Of a stretch of 52,898 bases of DNA, positions 38,003-46,645 are shown in pieces. Where the stretch lies: positions 1 to 52,898 of IMG/VR virus record IMGVR_UViG_3300025030_000139; one strand, given 5' to 3'. The translations under genes were made by a program, and so were the position numbers. This DNA comes from a virus (Duplodnaviria > Caudoviricetes). How positions within the stretch are numbered: the stretch's first letter is position 1; the number at the start of each line of letters is the position of its first letter. The notes beneath the pieces were generated by a model that was not told where the DNA came from, did no database searches, and was given only the letters and a program-made list of their open reading frames with translations.

Positions 38003-38022
38003 GAGATGCCTCCTGCATCTGA

Positions 38023-38241
38023 CTACTGATTACTAACATCCTCAACCACAACAATCGCCCGCTGGCCGCGCGCCGGATGCCGCAGGTATCCCGCCGTGAC
38101 CAGGTAATCGACGTACAACTTCACGCTGTTCAGCGATCGCAATCCCACCCCCTCTCCAATCTCGCGGTATGTCGGCGGATACTTCTGCGCCGCGCTGAAA
38201 CTCCGCACAAACTCCAACACCTGTCTCTGCCTAGCGTTCAT
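38023..38241 (-). CDS. Stand-alone LexA-type DNA-binding domain
   Basis: RQRQVLEFV...YPPTYREIGEGVGLRSLNSV; no peptidase domain. Confidence 0.85.
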   Translation of the reverse strand: MNARQRQVLEFVRSFSAAQKYPPTYREIGEGVGLRSLNSVKLYVDYLVTAGYLRHPARGQRAIVVVEDVSNQ

Positions 38242-38359
38242 CACCGGCCTCACTTCCCACTTCGCACTTCGCACTCCCCACTTCGCACTTTCCACTTCGC
38301 ACTCCCCACTTCGCACTCCCCACTTCGCACTTCGCACTTCCCACTTCGTACTTCCCCCT

Positions 38360-38458
38360 TCACCATGTCACGTTATCCTTTCCGGCCCGCCAGGCCAGCA
38401 CCGCCAGGATGACGATCCCGACCACGACCAGGCCAATGAGTGCGGCATTAGTTGTCAT
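38360..38458 (-). CDS. 32-aa single-TM peptide
   Basis: AGGAG RBS; MTTNAALIGLVVVGIVILAVLAWRAGK. Confidence 0.55.
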   Translation of the reverse strand: MTTNAALIGLVVVGIVILAVLAWRAGKDNVTW

Positions 38459-38687
38459 TCAATTTCTCCTGCTTGTACTCGCCCTTGCGCGCATCCCTCA
38501 ACATCCGCTCCACATCATTCAGGTCTTCGCTCAGATGCGCCAGTGCCAGAATCAACACCGGATCCATGTTTCGATCCTCCAATCGATCGAGCGCCGTGCG
38601 CAGCGACCGCCGCATTCTCGCGCAGCCGCCCAGCGCGTCCTCAATCGACCAGATCGTCTTATTCGCCAGCTTTGTCGGAGTGCTCAC
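38448..38687 (-). CDS. Hypothetical protein
   Basis: Co-directional, translationally coupled ORF. Confidence 0.6.
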   Translation of the reverse strand: MSTPTKLANKTIWSIEDALGGCARMRRSLRTALDRLEDRNMDPVLILALAHLSEDLNDVERMLRDARKGEYKQEKLNDN

Positions 38688-38967
38688 GCCGCATCCGCAT
38701 CATCGTCTGCATATCCCGCAACTCGTTGATCAACGATCGCCCGACAATCGCCACCGACGACGCCCCGATGATGGCCGCCAGCGGCAGCCAGTAGCACATC
38801 GGCACCACCAGCAGTGCAATCAGCAAATCCACCCCCACGCCCACCACCACCGTCAGCCATGTAAACCGCGCCGCCAGGAACCTGCCAGGATATGTCTGCA
38901 GACACAGCGCCCAGACAATCCCCCAAATGGCTCCCAAAACTACCGCCAACACCGTCATCTCCGTCAT
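38659..38967 (-). CDS. Small multi-TM membrane protein
   Basis: Three hydrophobic segments. Confidence 0.6.
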   Translation of the reverse strand: MTEMTVLAVVLGAIWGIVWALCLQTYPGRFLAARFTWLTVVVGVGVDLLIALLVVPMCYWLPLAAIIGASSVAIVGRSLINELRDMQTMMRMRREHSDKAGE

Positions 38968-39117
38968 CTCGTGCTATCCTGTCATCAAGTCATTCCCGCA
39001 TGTTGTTGGCGGGAATCCAGTATCCGTTGATTCGCTGTCTATCCGTTGACACTGCTCAGCGAACCTAAACCGCATTAGCTGCGCAGGATTACATTGTTCA
39101 TTGATCATTGATCATTG

Positions 39118-40398
39118 CTAAAGCGCCTTCCGATGATTCTTCAAAATCCGATGCGCCCCAATCTTGTCGCTCACCCGGTTCACCGCATCGCTCATCCCCT
39201 CTACCTTCTTCGACGTGTAGATCAGCGTCGTCGCCAGGTTCCTGTGCCCCAGCTGCCGCTGCACCTCGTCGATGCGCGCCCCTTCTTCCAGCATCTGCTC
39301 TGCCAGCCCGTGCCGCAGGCTGTGAATACAATACTTCCCCTTGATCTTCGCCTTGTGCAGATACATCTGGAAGATCCGATTGACCTCGCTGATCGACAGC
39401 GGGCTCGTGCCCGGCGCCCAGTCCTCATGGCCCAGCCGCTTCGCCCGATCGGACGTGGCCGTGAAGATATATTCGTCGTCGCCCATCGTTTCCAGCCGTC
39501 CCGCCGCGGCCAGGTAATCGGTGATCGCCTCCCACACATCCGGCGCCACCTCGTCCTTCTTCCCCTCCACGTGATGCTTGCCGCGCCACGTCTGCCACAC
39601 CCGCCCGTCCACGTCAACCTTGAAATCCCCGAACTTCGCCGTGCGCACCTCGCTGTTCCGCCGGCCCGTCAACGCATACGTCATCAACAGCGCCAGGTGC
39701 ATCGCGCCCTGCGCCGTATCCGTCGGGATCGCGCTCAGCAGCCGGTTCGTCTCGTCCGGCGTCATCCCCTCCCGCTCGAACAAAATCTCGAACTTCGGCC
39801 GCGACACCGCCGCAAATGGATTGACCCGATCGAACAGCATCGCCTCGACGCCGCCCTGATAGATCGGGTAGGTGGCCGCCTTGGCGTAATACGACGACAG
39901 CACCGCGATCGCATTCGCGATCGACTTCGGGCTGAGCGCCTTGTCCGTTTTGGTGTTGGCCTGCAGCATCTTGCCCCGCTTCCCGATGCGCTGCTTTTTC
40001 CCCACTGCGTGCGTCCGGTTCTCCAATCGCACCTTGTACGCATTCGCCGCGCGCGCGTCCACATTCCACGGCTTCACCGGCGACGCATCGATCACATTCG
40101 CGATCCGCCGCGCCCGCTCGATGTCCGTCTCGAACGGCATCGCCTCGAACCGCCCGGCGGGGTCGTATCCGAAGAAGTCCAGCCACACATCGAAGTATCG
40201 TTCCTGGCTGCGCACACTCTGCAGCCGATCGTTGTGCCACAGCCACATCACCGTGAACTCGGCCCAATACTGGACCTGCTCCACGTAAGTGCGCTGCTGC
40301 GTCTGCCCGTTCGACCCGGCAACCTGCACCCCGTCGCCAAACAACGTGACGGAATAGTCTTCACCTTGCTCGACAATGAGTTTCAACTGCTCTTCCAT
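39118..40398 (-). CDS. Second tyrosine recombinase (Xer-like) in the early operon
   Basis: TGRRNSE, RGK, HSLRH and LGHRNLATTLIY catalytic motifs. Confidence 0.92.
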   Translation of the reverse strand: MEEQLKLIVEQGEDYSVTLFGDGVQVAGSNGQTQQRTYVEQVQYWAEFTVMWLWHNDRLQSVRSQERYFDVWLDFFGYDPAGRFEAMPFETDIERARRIANVIDASPVKPWNVDARAANAYKVRLENRTHAVGKKQRIGKRGKMLQANTKTDKALSPKSIANAIAVLSSYYAKAATYPIYQGGVEAMLFDRVNPFAAVSRPKFEILFEREGMTPDETNRLLSAIPTDTAQGAMHLALLMTYALTGRRNSEVRTAKFGDFKVDVDGRVWQTWRGKHHVEGKKDEVAPDVWEAITDYLAAAGRLETMGDDEYIFTATSDRAKRLGHEDWAPGTSPLSISEVNRIFQMYLHKAKIKGKYCIHSLRHGLAEQMLEEGARIDEVQRQLGHRNLATTLIYTSKKVEGMSDAVNRVSDKIGAHRILKNHRKAL

Positions 40399-40565
40399 TC
40401 TTTTTTCCTTTGCGGCTTTGCGACTTTGCGTGAGAAAGTTCTTCCTTCGCCTCGATCGGCCAGCCAACCCAAACCGGCCGACCGAGGCTACCCAAGGAGG
40501 AAAACACATCGGCCCACCGGCGCTGCTCCGGCATCAACATCGCCCGCGCCGGTAGGCCGACTTCC

Positions 40566-40832
40566 CTACATCATCTCGACAATCACAGCCCGATCGGATA
40601 CGTCGTTATAATCCAGCCGGTTCAAGTACACCAGCACGTCCGTCCCCAGCGCCACCGCCCGCTCGCCAATGGCCAATCCAAGAAAATCGGCCAGGTCGGA
40701 CAACAGAAACGCCACTGTCGGATCGCCGTCCGTCAGTGGCCCGCCATTCTCAATCTCAAGCACGCCGCGAAACTCGCTCAGCAGCGTCGCCAGAAACGGA
40801 GTCTGATACTTGTCAACTAAAACGCTCTTCAT
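40566..40832 (-). CDS. Hypothetical protein
   Basis: RBS plus an 88-aa ORF. Confidence 0.6.
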   Translation of the reverse strand: MKSVLVDKYQTPFLATLLSEFRGVLEIENGGPLTDGDPTVAFLLSDLADFLGLAIGERAVALGTDVLVYLNRLDYNDVSDRAVIVEMM

Positions 40833-40975
40833 CGCGGTTCCCCTTTTCCCGCCCTGGTCCTCCCCCTGTCGTGTGCCAGTGTCAGCGCAGCGGCTGGCCG
40901 CTTGGCGCTCCGACAGGGGGAGTTAGAGGGGGTTGCCAACACTTCCAGACGCCGATCGCGGCGTCATCCAGCGGT

Positions 40976-41028
40976 ACTCATGCCCGCGTGCTCACGCCCG
41001 CGTGCTCACGCCCGCGTGTACTCACGCG
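40976..41028. repeat. 14-bp tandem repeat CTCACGCCCGCGTG, about 3.5 copies, downstream of cro
   Basis: Direct repeats. Confidence 0.75.
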
Positions 41029-41303
41029 CCTTCACTCACCAACGTGCCCAGCTGCTCGATCTGCTCGCCCAACTCCGCGTTCTGCTGCTCCAGGTTCGCC
41101 AGCCACAACTGCCGCGCAAAAGTGCGCGCCCAATCCGGCAGGCGCGCATTCGTCGCCCACTCCCGGATGCGCTCCATCGGGATCGGATCGCCGGCCTCGA
41201 ACTGGCTCCACCGCGCCCGCGTCAGCCCGAAAATCTCGGCCATCTGTTCGCCCGTCAGGTCGCGCTCTTTGCGGACCTGCTTCAAGATTTGGTTTGGAGT
41301 CAT
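41022..41303 (-). CDS. Cro-like XRE HTH regulator
   Basis: LKQVRKERDLTGEQMAEIFGLTRARWSQFEAG; divergent from CI. Confidence 0.85.
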   Translation of the reverse strand: MTPNQILKQVRKERDLTGEQMAEIFGLTRARWSQFEAGDPIPMERIREWATNARLPDWARTFARQLWLANLEQQNAELGEQIEQLGTLVSEGA

Positions 41304-41336
41304 TCGCTCTCCTTTGCTCTTACAATCTGCTACGCT

Positions 41337-41403
41337 CTTTTATACTGCAAAGCAGTGAAATTGTCAAGAGGCAATTTACACGGCGAAAGAGTAGGGTTAC
41401 AAT
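41337..41403. promoter_or_regulatory. Divergent lysis/lysogeny promoters
   Basis: Minus strand TTGACA-N17-TATAAA; plus strand TTTACA-N17-TACAAT. Confidence 0.7.
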
Positions 41404-41776
41404 GAATCACGTGACTGAGTTCAAAACGTGGTTAGAACAGAAATACTTGGAGTGGCTTTCCAAGCGCGGACGAAAGGGGACAGTTCGCGAATTCAGTGAT
41501 CTTATTGGGGTAGATCAGCGGCTCATGGCAAATTGGATGAATGGAGATCGCAAGCCTGGAACAGACTACGCTGATAAGATTTCCATTTTCTTAAACTACG
41601 ACATGACCGTGTACGACTTGCTCGGTCTACCCCGACCAGCCAAAGAGCTGCTTCAACTCAAATCGCTCTGGCCGGCCATGACCGAGCGCGAGCGCGCCGA
41701 AGTGGGTAAGCTCCTGGAGAAAATCGAGCAGCGCAATGCAACGGACCACAAACGACAACCGTTACCGGAGGCTTGA
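41402..41776 (+). CDS. CI-like XRE repressor (start at ATG 41402 or GTG 41411)
   Basis: TVREFSDLIGVDQRLMANWMNGDRKP HTH. Confidence 0.85.
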   Translation: MNHVTEFKTWLEQKYLEWLSKRGRKGTVREFSDLIGVDQRLMANWMNGDRKPGTDYADKISIFLNYDMTVYDLLGLPRPAKELLQLKSLWPAMTERERAEVGKLLEKIEQRNATDHKRQPLPEA

Positions 41777-41924
41777 ATCCCACATCCGGCTTGGCACGAC
41801 GCTGCAGCCGGCCGAATCGCTCAAGGCCAGGCTCATTGCCGTGATGGTCAATTTGCGCCGGCGCAACACCGCGCGCCAGTGGCACACCGTCGAAGACTAT
41901 CCTGTGTTATACGTGTTGGGGTAG
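41736..41924 (+). CDS. Small hypothetical protein
   Basis: Co-directional ORF after CI. Confidence 0.4.
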   Translation: MQRTTNDNRYRRLESHIRLGTTLQPAESLKARLIAVMVNLRRRNTARQWHTVEDYPVLYVLG

Positions 41925-42092
41925 GGGAATGTCTTTTACCGCTGCGCTGGTTCTGGGAGGATCGATCATATATGCCTTTGTGCCAGGCAACGCCGGCGCG
42001 CTCATGATCGCCGCTGGCATCGCGCTGGAAGTGGTGCGCCTGTTGTACAGATATACAGCGTGGTGGTCTGCTGGAACGAAAGGAAAGAGCGC

Positions 42093-42434
42093 ATGAAACG
42101 CATCGTGCTATTCATCGGATTAACAATCGCTTTGGCAGCCTGCGTATCTGCCTCTCAGCCGGCCACTACGGTTCCTACATCCGTTGTTCTTCCGCAGCAT
42201 ACCGTCGCCAAAGACACGGCCATCACCAACGGCCGCCGGATTGAAATACACGTCAGCGATCCAAGTCTCACGAAAGACGAATGCTTGGCCTTGATCGTTG
42301 CCTACCGCGATAAGGCGAAACCACAAGGTCAAATCTCCGTTCGCAAGCCTGACAAAACAGGCGAACTGGTTCCCTGGTGTGTCGATAATATGGATGGAAG
42401 TCCTGTCATTTTCAATGATTCGTTTTTCAAATAG
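42093..42434 (+). CDS. Lipoprotein
   Basis: MKRIVLFIGLTIALAAC lipobox. Confidence 0.8.
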   Translation: MKRIVLFIGLTIALAACVSASQPATTVPTSVVLPQHTVAKDTAITNGRRIEIHVSDPSLTKDECLALIVAYRDKAKPQGQISVRKPDKTGELVPWCVDNMDGSPVIFNDSFFK

Positions 42435-42440
42435 ATCACA

Positions 42441-42959
42441 ATGAAACGCCTCATCCTGATTGGTCTCATCTCCCTGGTCGGCTGCAGCGTGCCCGCCTCG
42501 GCGCCCTCGCCGACGTGGACACCGGAAGCTACACACCGCCCGACGATCGCCATCACGATCGAAATCGCGCCGACAGATACTGCCACGTTCACGCCCATTC
42601 CAAAAACGCCTACGCCCACGTCGACCCGTACCATCGCGCCGACACGCACATCGACCCGAACGGCAACAGCCACCGCAACCGCCACGGCTACCCGCAAACC
42701 GACTGCTAGACCGACAGCCGCGCCTACCAGAACCGCGTTGCCGCCCACGGCGCCGCCGCCGCCGCCCAGTGACACGCCGACAGTAACGCAGGAGCCGGTT
42801 CAAAACTGTGACCCGGCCTATCCAGATTTCTGCATACCGCCGCCGCCGCCTGATCTTGACTGTAAAGACATTCCTTACGGGAATTTCACAGTTCTTCCTC
42901 CTGACCCACATGGCCTGGATGGAAAAGACAATGATGGGAGAGGATGCGAATCGAATTGA
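42441..42959 (+). CDS. Pro/Thr-rich lipoprotein with a C-terminal excalibur-like calcium-binding domain
   Basis: LVGC lipobox, PT linker, CDPAYP...DLDC...DPHGLDGKDNDGRGCE. Confidence 0.85.
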   Translation: MKRLILIGLISLVGCSVPASAPSPTWTPEATHRPTIAITIEIAPTDTATFTPIPKTPTPTSTRTIAPTRTSTRTATATATATATRKPTARPTAAPTRTALPPTAPPPPPSDTPTVTQEPVQNCDPAYPDFCIPPPPPDLDCKDIPYGNFTVLPPDPHGLDGKDNDGRGCESN

Positions 42960-43048
42960 ATCGCTCATCACCTAATTATTATTAGCTACGCTAACTAAAA
43001 ATTTAAGGCAAAATTAAGCATTATGCAAAGCATTTGCTCGTCATTCTG

Positions 43049-43057
43049 TGATATACT
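43049..43057 (+). promoter_or_regulatory. Extended -10 promoter (TGnTATACT)
   Basis: TG-A-TATACT five bases before the repeat array, with AT-rich upstream sequence. Confidence 0.6.
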
Positions 43058-43062
43058 AATCA

Positions 43063-43242
43063 TGGTATTCGCCCCGGCATTGCCTCTCCACTCCGCCGAT
43101 GCCGGTGTGGTATTTGCACCGGCATCGCCTCTACACTCAGCCGATGCCGGTTTGGTTTTGAATTACCTCCCCGGTCTTGCCCGTCTCCAAGGCCGGGTAA
43201 ATCACCACCCACGGATTGCCCGTCAATCCGTGGTTTTCTTTT
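43063..43242 (+). ncRNA. Putative structured repeat RNA: two 45-nt hairpin repeats, a third hairpin and an intrinsic terminator
   Basis: Units 43063-43107 and 43108-43152 with CCGGCAT...ATGCCGG stems; CCACGGATTG/CAATCCGTGG followed by TTTTCTTTT. Confidence 0.6.
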
Positions 43243-43258
43243 GCACCGGAGAGCCGTC

Positions 43259-43834
43259 ATGAGCGACGAACGTGTCGTCGTCTTCATCGACGGCTCCAAC
43301 TTCTATCACGCCCTCAAGTCTGATTTTGGAGACGCCAAGATCGACTTTGAAAAACTCGTCGGCAAACTCGTCGGCGCGCGCCGCCTCGTCCGCATCTATT
43401 ACTACAATGCGCCGGTCAATCAGACCCGCGAGCCTGATCGGGCCAAGGCTCAGCAGCGTTTTTTCGACCAGATTCAGCGCGTGCCCTATCTCACCCTCAA
43501 ACTGGGCCGCCTGGAGCCTCGTGGCGCCGTTCAAATCGAAAAAGGCGTCGATATTGTCATCGCCGTCGATCTCATAAAATATGCTCACAGCGACACCTAT
43601 GACACGGCCATCCTGATCAGCGGCGACAGTGACTTCGTGCCCGCCGTCATCGCCGTCCAGGACCTGGGCAAGCACGTCGAAATGGCTTGCGCCCATTCTG
43701 GCCTGTCGGATCTGCTGCGCAAGACCTGCGATCGTATCGTCGAATTGACGCCGGATCTGCTATCGGATTGTTGGCGTGACGGTCTCCGCCATGACTATCT
43801 CAATCCGAATCAGCACAAACATCGGAGACACTGA
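43259..43834 (+). CDS. NYN-domain (LabA/DUF88, PIN-like) ribonuclease
   Basis: FIDGSN, EKGVD and ISGDSDF motifs with acidic residues intact. Confidence 0.92.
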   Translation: MSDERVVVFIDGSNFYHALKSDFGDAKIDFEKLVGKLVGARRLVRIYYYNAPVNQTREPDRAKAQQRFFDQIQRVPYLTLKLGRLEPRGAVQIEKGVDIVIAVDLIKYAHSDTYDTAILISGDSDFVPAVIAVQDLGKHVEMACAHSGLSDLLRKTCDRIVELTPDLLSDCWRDGLRHDYLNPNQHKHRRH

Positions 43835-44063
43835 GAGAATCACTGGGAATTACACAACCGCCATACATCCGGCATCAAAACCGCCCGTTTTTCTGGGCAC
43901 TTTATTAGCTGCCCAACCGTGCACGGGCAGCCGGCCAACGAAAAACATTAGCTTTCCTGTCCAACAGGGGAACCGCAGCACACTCGTCTATTGCACCGCA
44001 CCGCCAATCGGGACGCGAAAACGGCAGCCAATGGTCTGCCGGTAGAGGCCTTTCGGAGAACAT

Positions 44064-44106
44064 CTGTTAACCGATGGGTTCCTGGTTCGAGTCCAGGCTG
44101 CGGAGC
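44064..44106 (+). other. attP core identical in form to the 3' half of tRNA-Asn(GTT)
   Basis: CTGTTAA anticodon loop, CCTGGTTCGAGTCCAGG T-arm and 3' acceptor strand; no 5' half; adjacent to the integrase. Confidence 0.88.
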
Positions 44107-44279
44107 TTTCATACGAGAATCTGCCGCCGCTTGCCCGGCGCCGGCAACCGATCGCCCATCGGTCGTTTTTTCGGGGTTCTCCGGTTGGGTACATACGGTG
44201 TCCTTTCCCGTATAAAAAAAACGCTTGTTCCGCTGGATAGCTAATGATGCTTAGCGAAGCAAGCAACCGGAGGCCCATA

Positions 44280-45227
44280 ATGTCCAACATCGCGTTACAA
44301 CACGCACTCACCCTCTCGCAAGCCATCGAAGGCGCCGTCATCGCCGCCCAGGCCCGCCGCCTCAGCGACAACACCATCCGCGAATACACCCATTATTACC
44401 GTAAGCTACAGACCTTCTACGCCCCGATCGATCCGCCCTTCATCTCGATCGATCGCGCGCAGCTGCAGCAGTTCATCAACAGCCTGACCGGGCTGTCGAA
44501 CAAATCGATCAGCAACGTCCGCGTCTCGCTCCTCTCCATGTGGCGTTGGGCCGTCTCGTTCGGCCTCACGGACATCAATGCCGCCCGGCAGATCGAACCC
44601 ATCAAGTCCGAGGTTCGCGCCGTTCATCCCTTCACCAAGACCGACGTGCAGGCCATGCTCTACGCCGTCGAAAAATCCAGGCCCTACACGCGCCCCGGCA
44701 AAGGAACCTGCTCGCACACTGCGCACCAATATCTGCGCAACAAGGCCATCATCTACCTGCTGCTCGATACCGGCCTGCGCAGTTCCGAACTGTGCGATCT
44801 GCAGATCAAACACGCCGACAAAAAAAACCTTCGCCTGAAAGTCTTCGGCAAGGGCGCGAAAGAACGGATCGTCCCATTCTCCTCTTCCACCGCTCTACAT
44901 CTCTGGCGCTACCTCGCCACTCGGCCCGATGCCTCCCCCGACGATTACCTCTTCGCCACCTCCGGCGATCGCCGTCTCGACAACCACAACCTCTACCACG
45001 CCCTCAAACTCATCGGCGAGCGCGCCGGCGTTGCCGACGTGCACCCGCACAGGTTTCGTCACACTTTTGCAATCAACTTTCTGCGCAACGGCGGAAACGT
45101 CTACACCCTCAAGGAAATCCTCGGCCACGCCTCGCTCAAAATGTGCCTGCGCTACCTTGAAATTGCCCAGGCCGACGTCGAAGCCAACTACCGCCTGGCC
45201 AGCCCCGTCAAAAACTGGGGCCTCTAA
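44280..45227 (+). CDS. int: Phage integrase (tyrosine recombinase)
   Basis: DTGLRSSEL, GKGAKER, HPHRFRHTFA and LGH...Y motifs; next to attP. Confidence 0.95.
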   Translation: MSNIALQHALTLSQAIEGAVIAAQARRLSDNTIREYTHYYRKLQTFYAPIDPPFISIDRAQLQQFINSLTGLSNKSISNVRVSLLSMWRWAVSFGLTDINAARQIEPIKSEVRAVHPFTKTDVQAMLYAVEKSRPYTRPGKGTCSHTAHQYLRNKAIIYLLLDTGLRSSELCDLQIKHADKKNLRLKVFGKGAKERIVPFSSSTALHLWRYLATRPDASPDDYLFATSGDRRLDNHNLYHALKLIGERAGVADVHPHRFRHTFAINFLRNGGNVYTLKEILGHASLKMCLRYLEIAQADVEANYRLASPVKNWGL

Positions 45228-45264
45228 CTCCCCTCTCCCCGTGGGAGAGGGGCAGGGGGTGAGG

Positions 45265-45293
45265 TTGACCATACACGCTAACGGGTATACAAT
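45265..45293 (+). promoter_or_regulatory. Near-consensus sigma70 promoter
   Basis: TTGACC-N17-TACAAT. Confidence 0.65.
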
Positions 45294-45316
45294 AAGAGTG
45301 GCACAGGAGGTACCCC

Positions 45317-45415
45317 ATGCCACTCTCGGACACCCGGCCCGCGCGGAGCGATAATGCCGATGATAAGGTTCGCTCCCTGCGGGCCGGCCGTTTCATCCTT
45401 TCGCCCTCTCCCTAA
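45317..45415 (+). CDS. Putative 32-aa peptide
   Basis: Promoter plus AGGAGG RBS plus ATG; MPLSDTRPARSDNADDKVRSLRAGRFILSPSP. Confidence 0.4.
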   Translation: MPLSDTRPARSDNADDKVRSLRAGRFILSPSP

Positions 45416-45728
45416 TCGGATCATGCACCGGATAACACGGCTGGATTCCCACTTCCAGCAGCTGCAGCCGCAGCGCCCCGATCGCCTGCACCAGTTCCAG
45501 CATGTACCCCCAAACCGGCTGCTCGTTGGGTCGCGACAGCACCGCATCCAACCGCTTAATGTCGTCCGCCCGGGTGCGCATCTCCGCCCACAACTCGGAA
45601 ATCTGCGCCTGCATCAGATCGTCCCGCTGTTTCGACGCAGACGTCACCCCCTGCAGACCGATCATCCACAACTTGACCACATCGTCCGGCAGCGATCCCA
45701 GCGCATCAATTTCGTCATAGGCGCTCAT
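45393..45728 (-). CDS. Hypothetical coiled-coil protein
   Basis: Last ORF of the late operon. Confidence 0.55.
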   Translation of the reverse strand: MSAYDEIDALGSLPDDVVKLWMIGLQGVTSASKQRDDLMQAQISELWAEMRTRADDIKRLDAVLSRPNEQPVWGYMLELVQAIGALRLQLLEVGIQPCYPVHDPIRERAKG

Positions 45729-45734
45729 CGTTTG

Positions 45735-46145
45735 TTATGCTTCCAACAACCATGCCAGCGCCTCACCCTCGTCGTTGAATGCCCGCATGTCGTCGTATCC
45801 CATTCCGCGCAGTGCGCCATTGAGGAAGCGTACTCGCTCTTCTGGAAAATTTCCGTTGACGTAGGCCACCCGCGTTCCCTTAAATGCCTTAACCGCGAGC
45901 TTCGCATGATCGGATAATTCTGAAATGGCATGATGATCGCGCGACGTCCGTTTGAGCACGACCAAGAAGTGTGTGACATTGACTTGTTCCCCTAACAACC
46001 TGAACATGAGCATGTAATCATAGACCTGATCGATCGCCAAAAAATGGTTCTTGTTTTTCTCGCGGCGAAATTCGCACCGGATGTATTCGATCTGGGTCTC
46101 ATGGTCGATCAGCCGTTCATAGGTCATCCAGACGTTCGCGCTCAT
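45735..46145 (-). CDS. STAS/SpoIIAA-like protein
   Basis: RVAYV...MRAFNDEGEALAWL C-terminal motif. Confidence 0.65.
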   Translation of the reverse strand: MSANVWMTYERLIDHETQIEYIRCEFRREKNKNHFLAIDQVYDYMLMFRLLGEQVNVTHFLVVLKRTSRDHHAISELSDHAKLAVKAFKGTRVAYVNGNFPEERVRFLNGALRGMGYDDMRAFNDEGEALAWLLEA

Positions 46146-46642
46146 GGCTTGCCGGACACCAGTGCACTGAGCAGCAGCGTGAGGACGGACGTGACTGCCG
46201 AAATAATCCCCACGGCAACCACCTGCGATCGCGTGATGCGTGCTGCCTGGATCGTCGAATCCTCGCGATGAATCGTGTCGAGTTTTCTCTCGAATCTCAG
46301 GAAGCGCTCGTCGATGCTATCGTTCAACCGCTCGATGCTCGTTTGAAACACCGCGCTCACCTCTCGAAACTGTGCGGTAATGCGCTCGTAGTCGGATGTG
46401 ACCATCGTCGTGCGCAAGTCGAAGAGTTCCTTGGCGCGTTCGATCGTCTCATTGCTGTTTCTGCCGTGCACGGCCAGCAGCGTCTTGAGTTGCTCGATCT
46501 CGGCCGTGTGCAGTGTCAACTGTCGCTGACTCTCGATCTGCGCGTCCTGCAGCGACTCGAAAAATTGCGCCAGATAAGCGGGGGTCTTGAATTCGCCCGA
46601 TCCGGGCTTCGGGCCGCTGGGAGAGGGTTGCGTGTCGGTCAT
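46142..46642 (-). CDS. Coiled-coil protein with a C-terminal TM (holin-like)
   Basis: Follows the endolysin gene; single C-terminal TM. Confidence 0.55.
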   Translation of the reverse strand: MTDTQPSPSGPKPGSGEFKTPAYLAQFFESLQDAQIESQRQLTLHTAEIEQLKTLLAVHGRNSNETIERAKELFDLRTTMVTSDYERITAQFREVSAVFQTSIERLNDSIDERFLRFERKLDTIHREDSTIQAARITRSQVVAVGIISAVTSVLTLLLSALVSGKP

Positions 46643-46645
46643 GGC

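Noticed and set aside
40736-41401. N-terminal extension of the 346-aa ORF
   Set aside because: It overlaps cro on the opposite strand and the promoters; the repressor starts at 41402 or 41411
43063-43152. CRISPR mini-array
   Set aside because: The units abut with near-identical loops and no unique spacers; no cas operon is present
44030-44110. Full tRNA-Asn gene
   Set aside because: The 5' acceptor strand, D-arm and 5' anticodon stem are missing; it is an attP core
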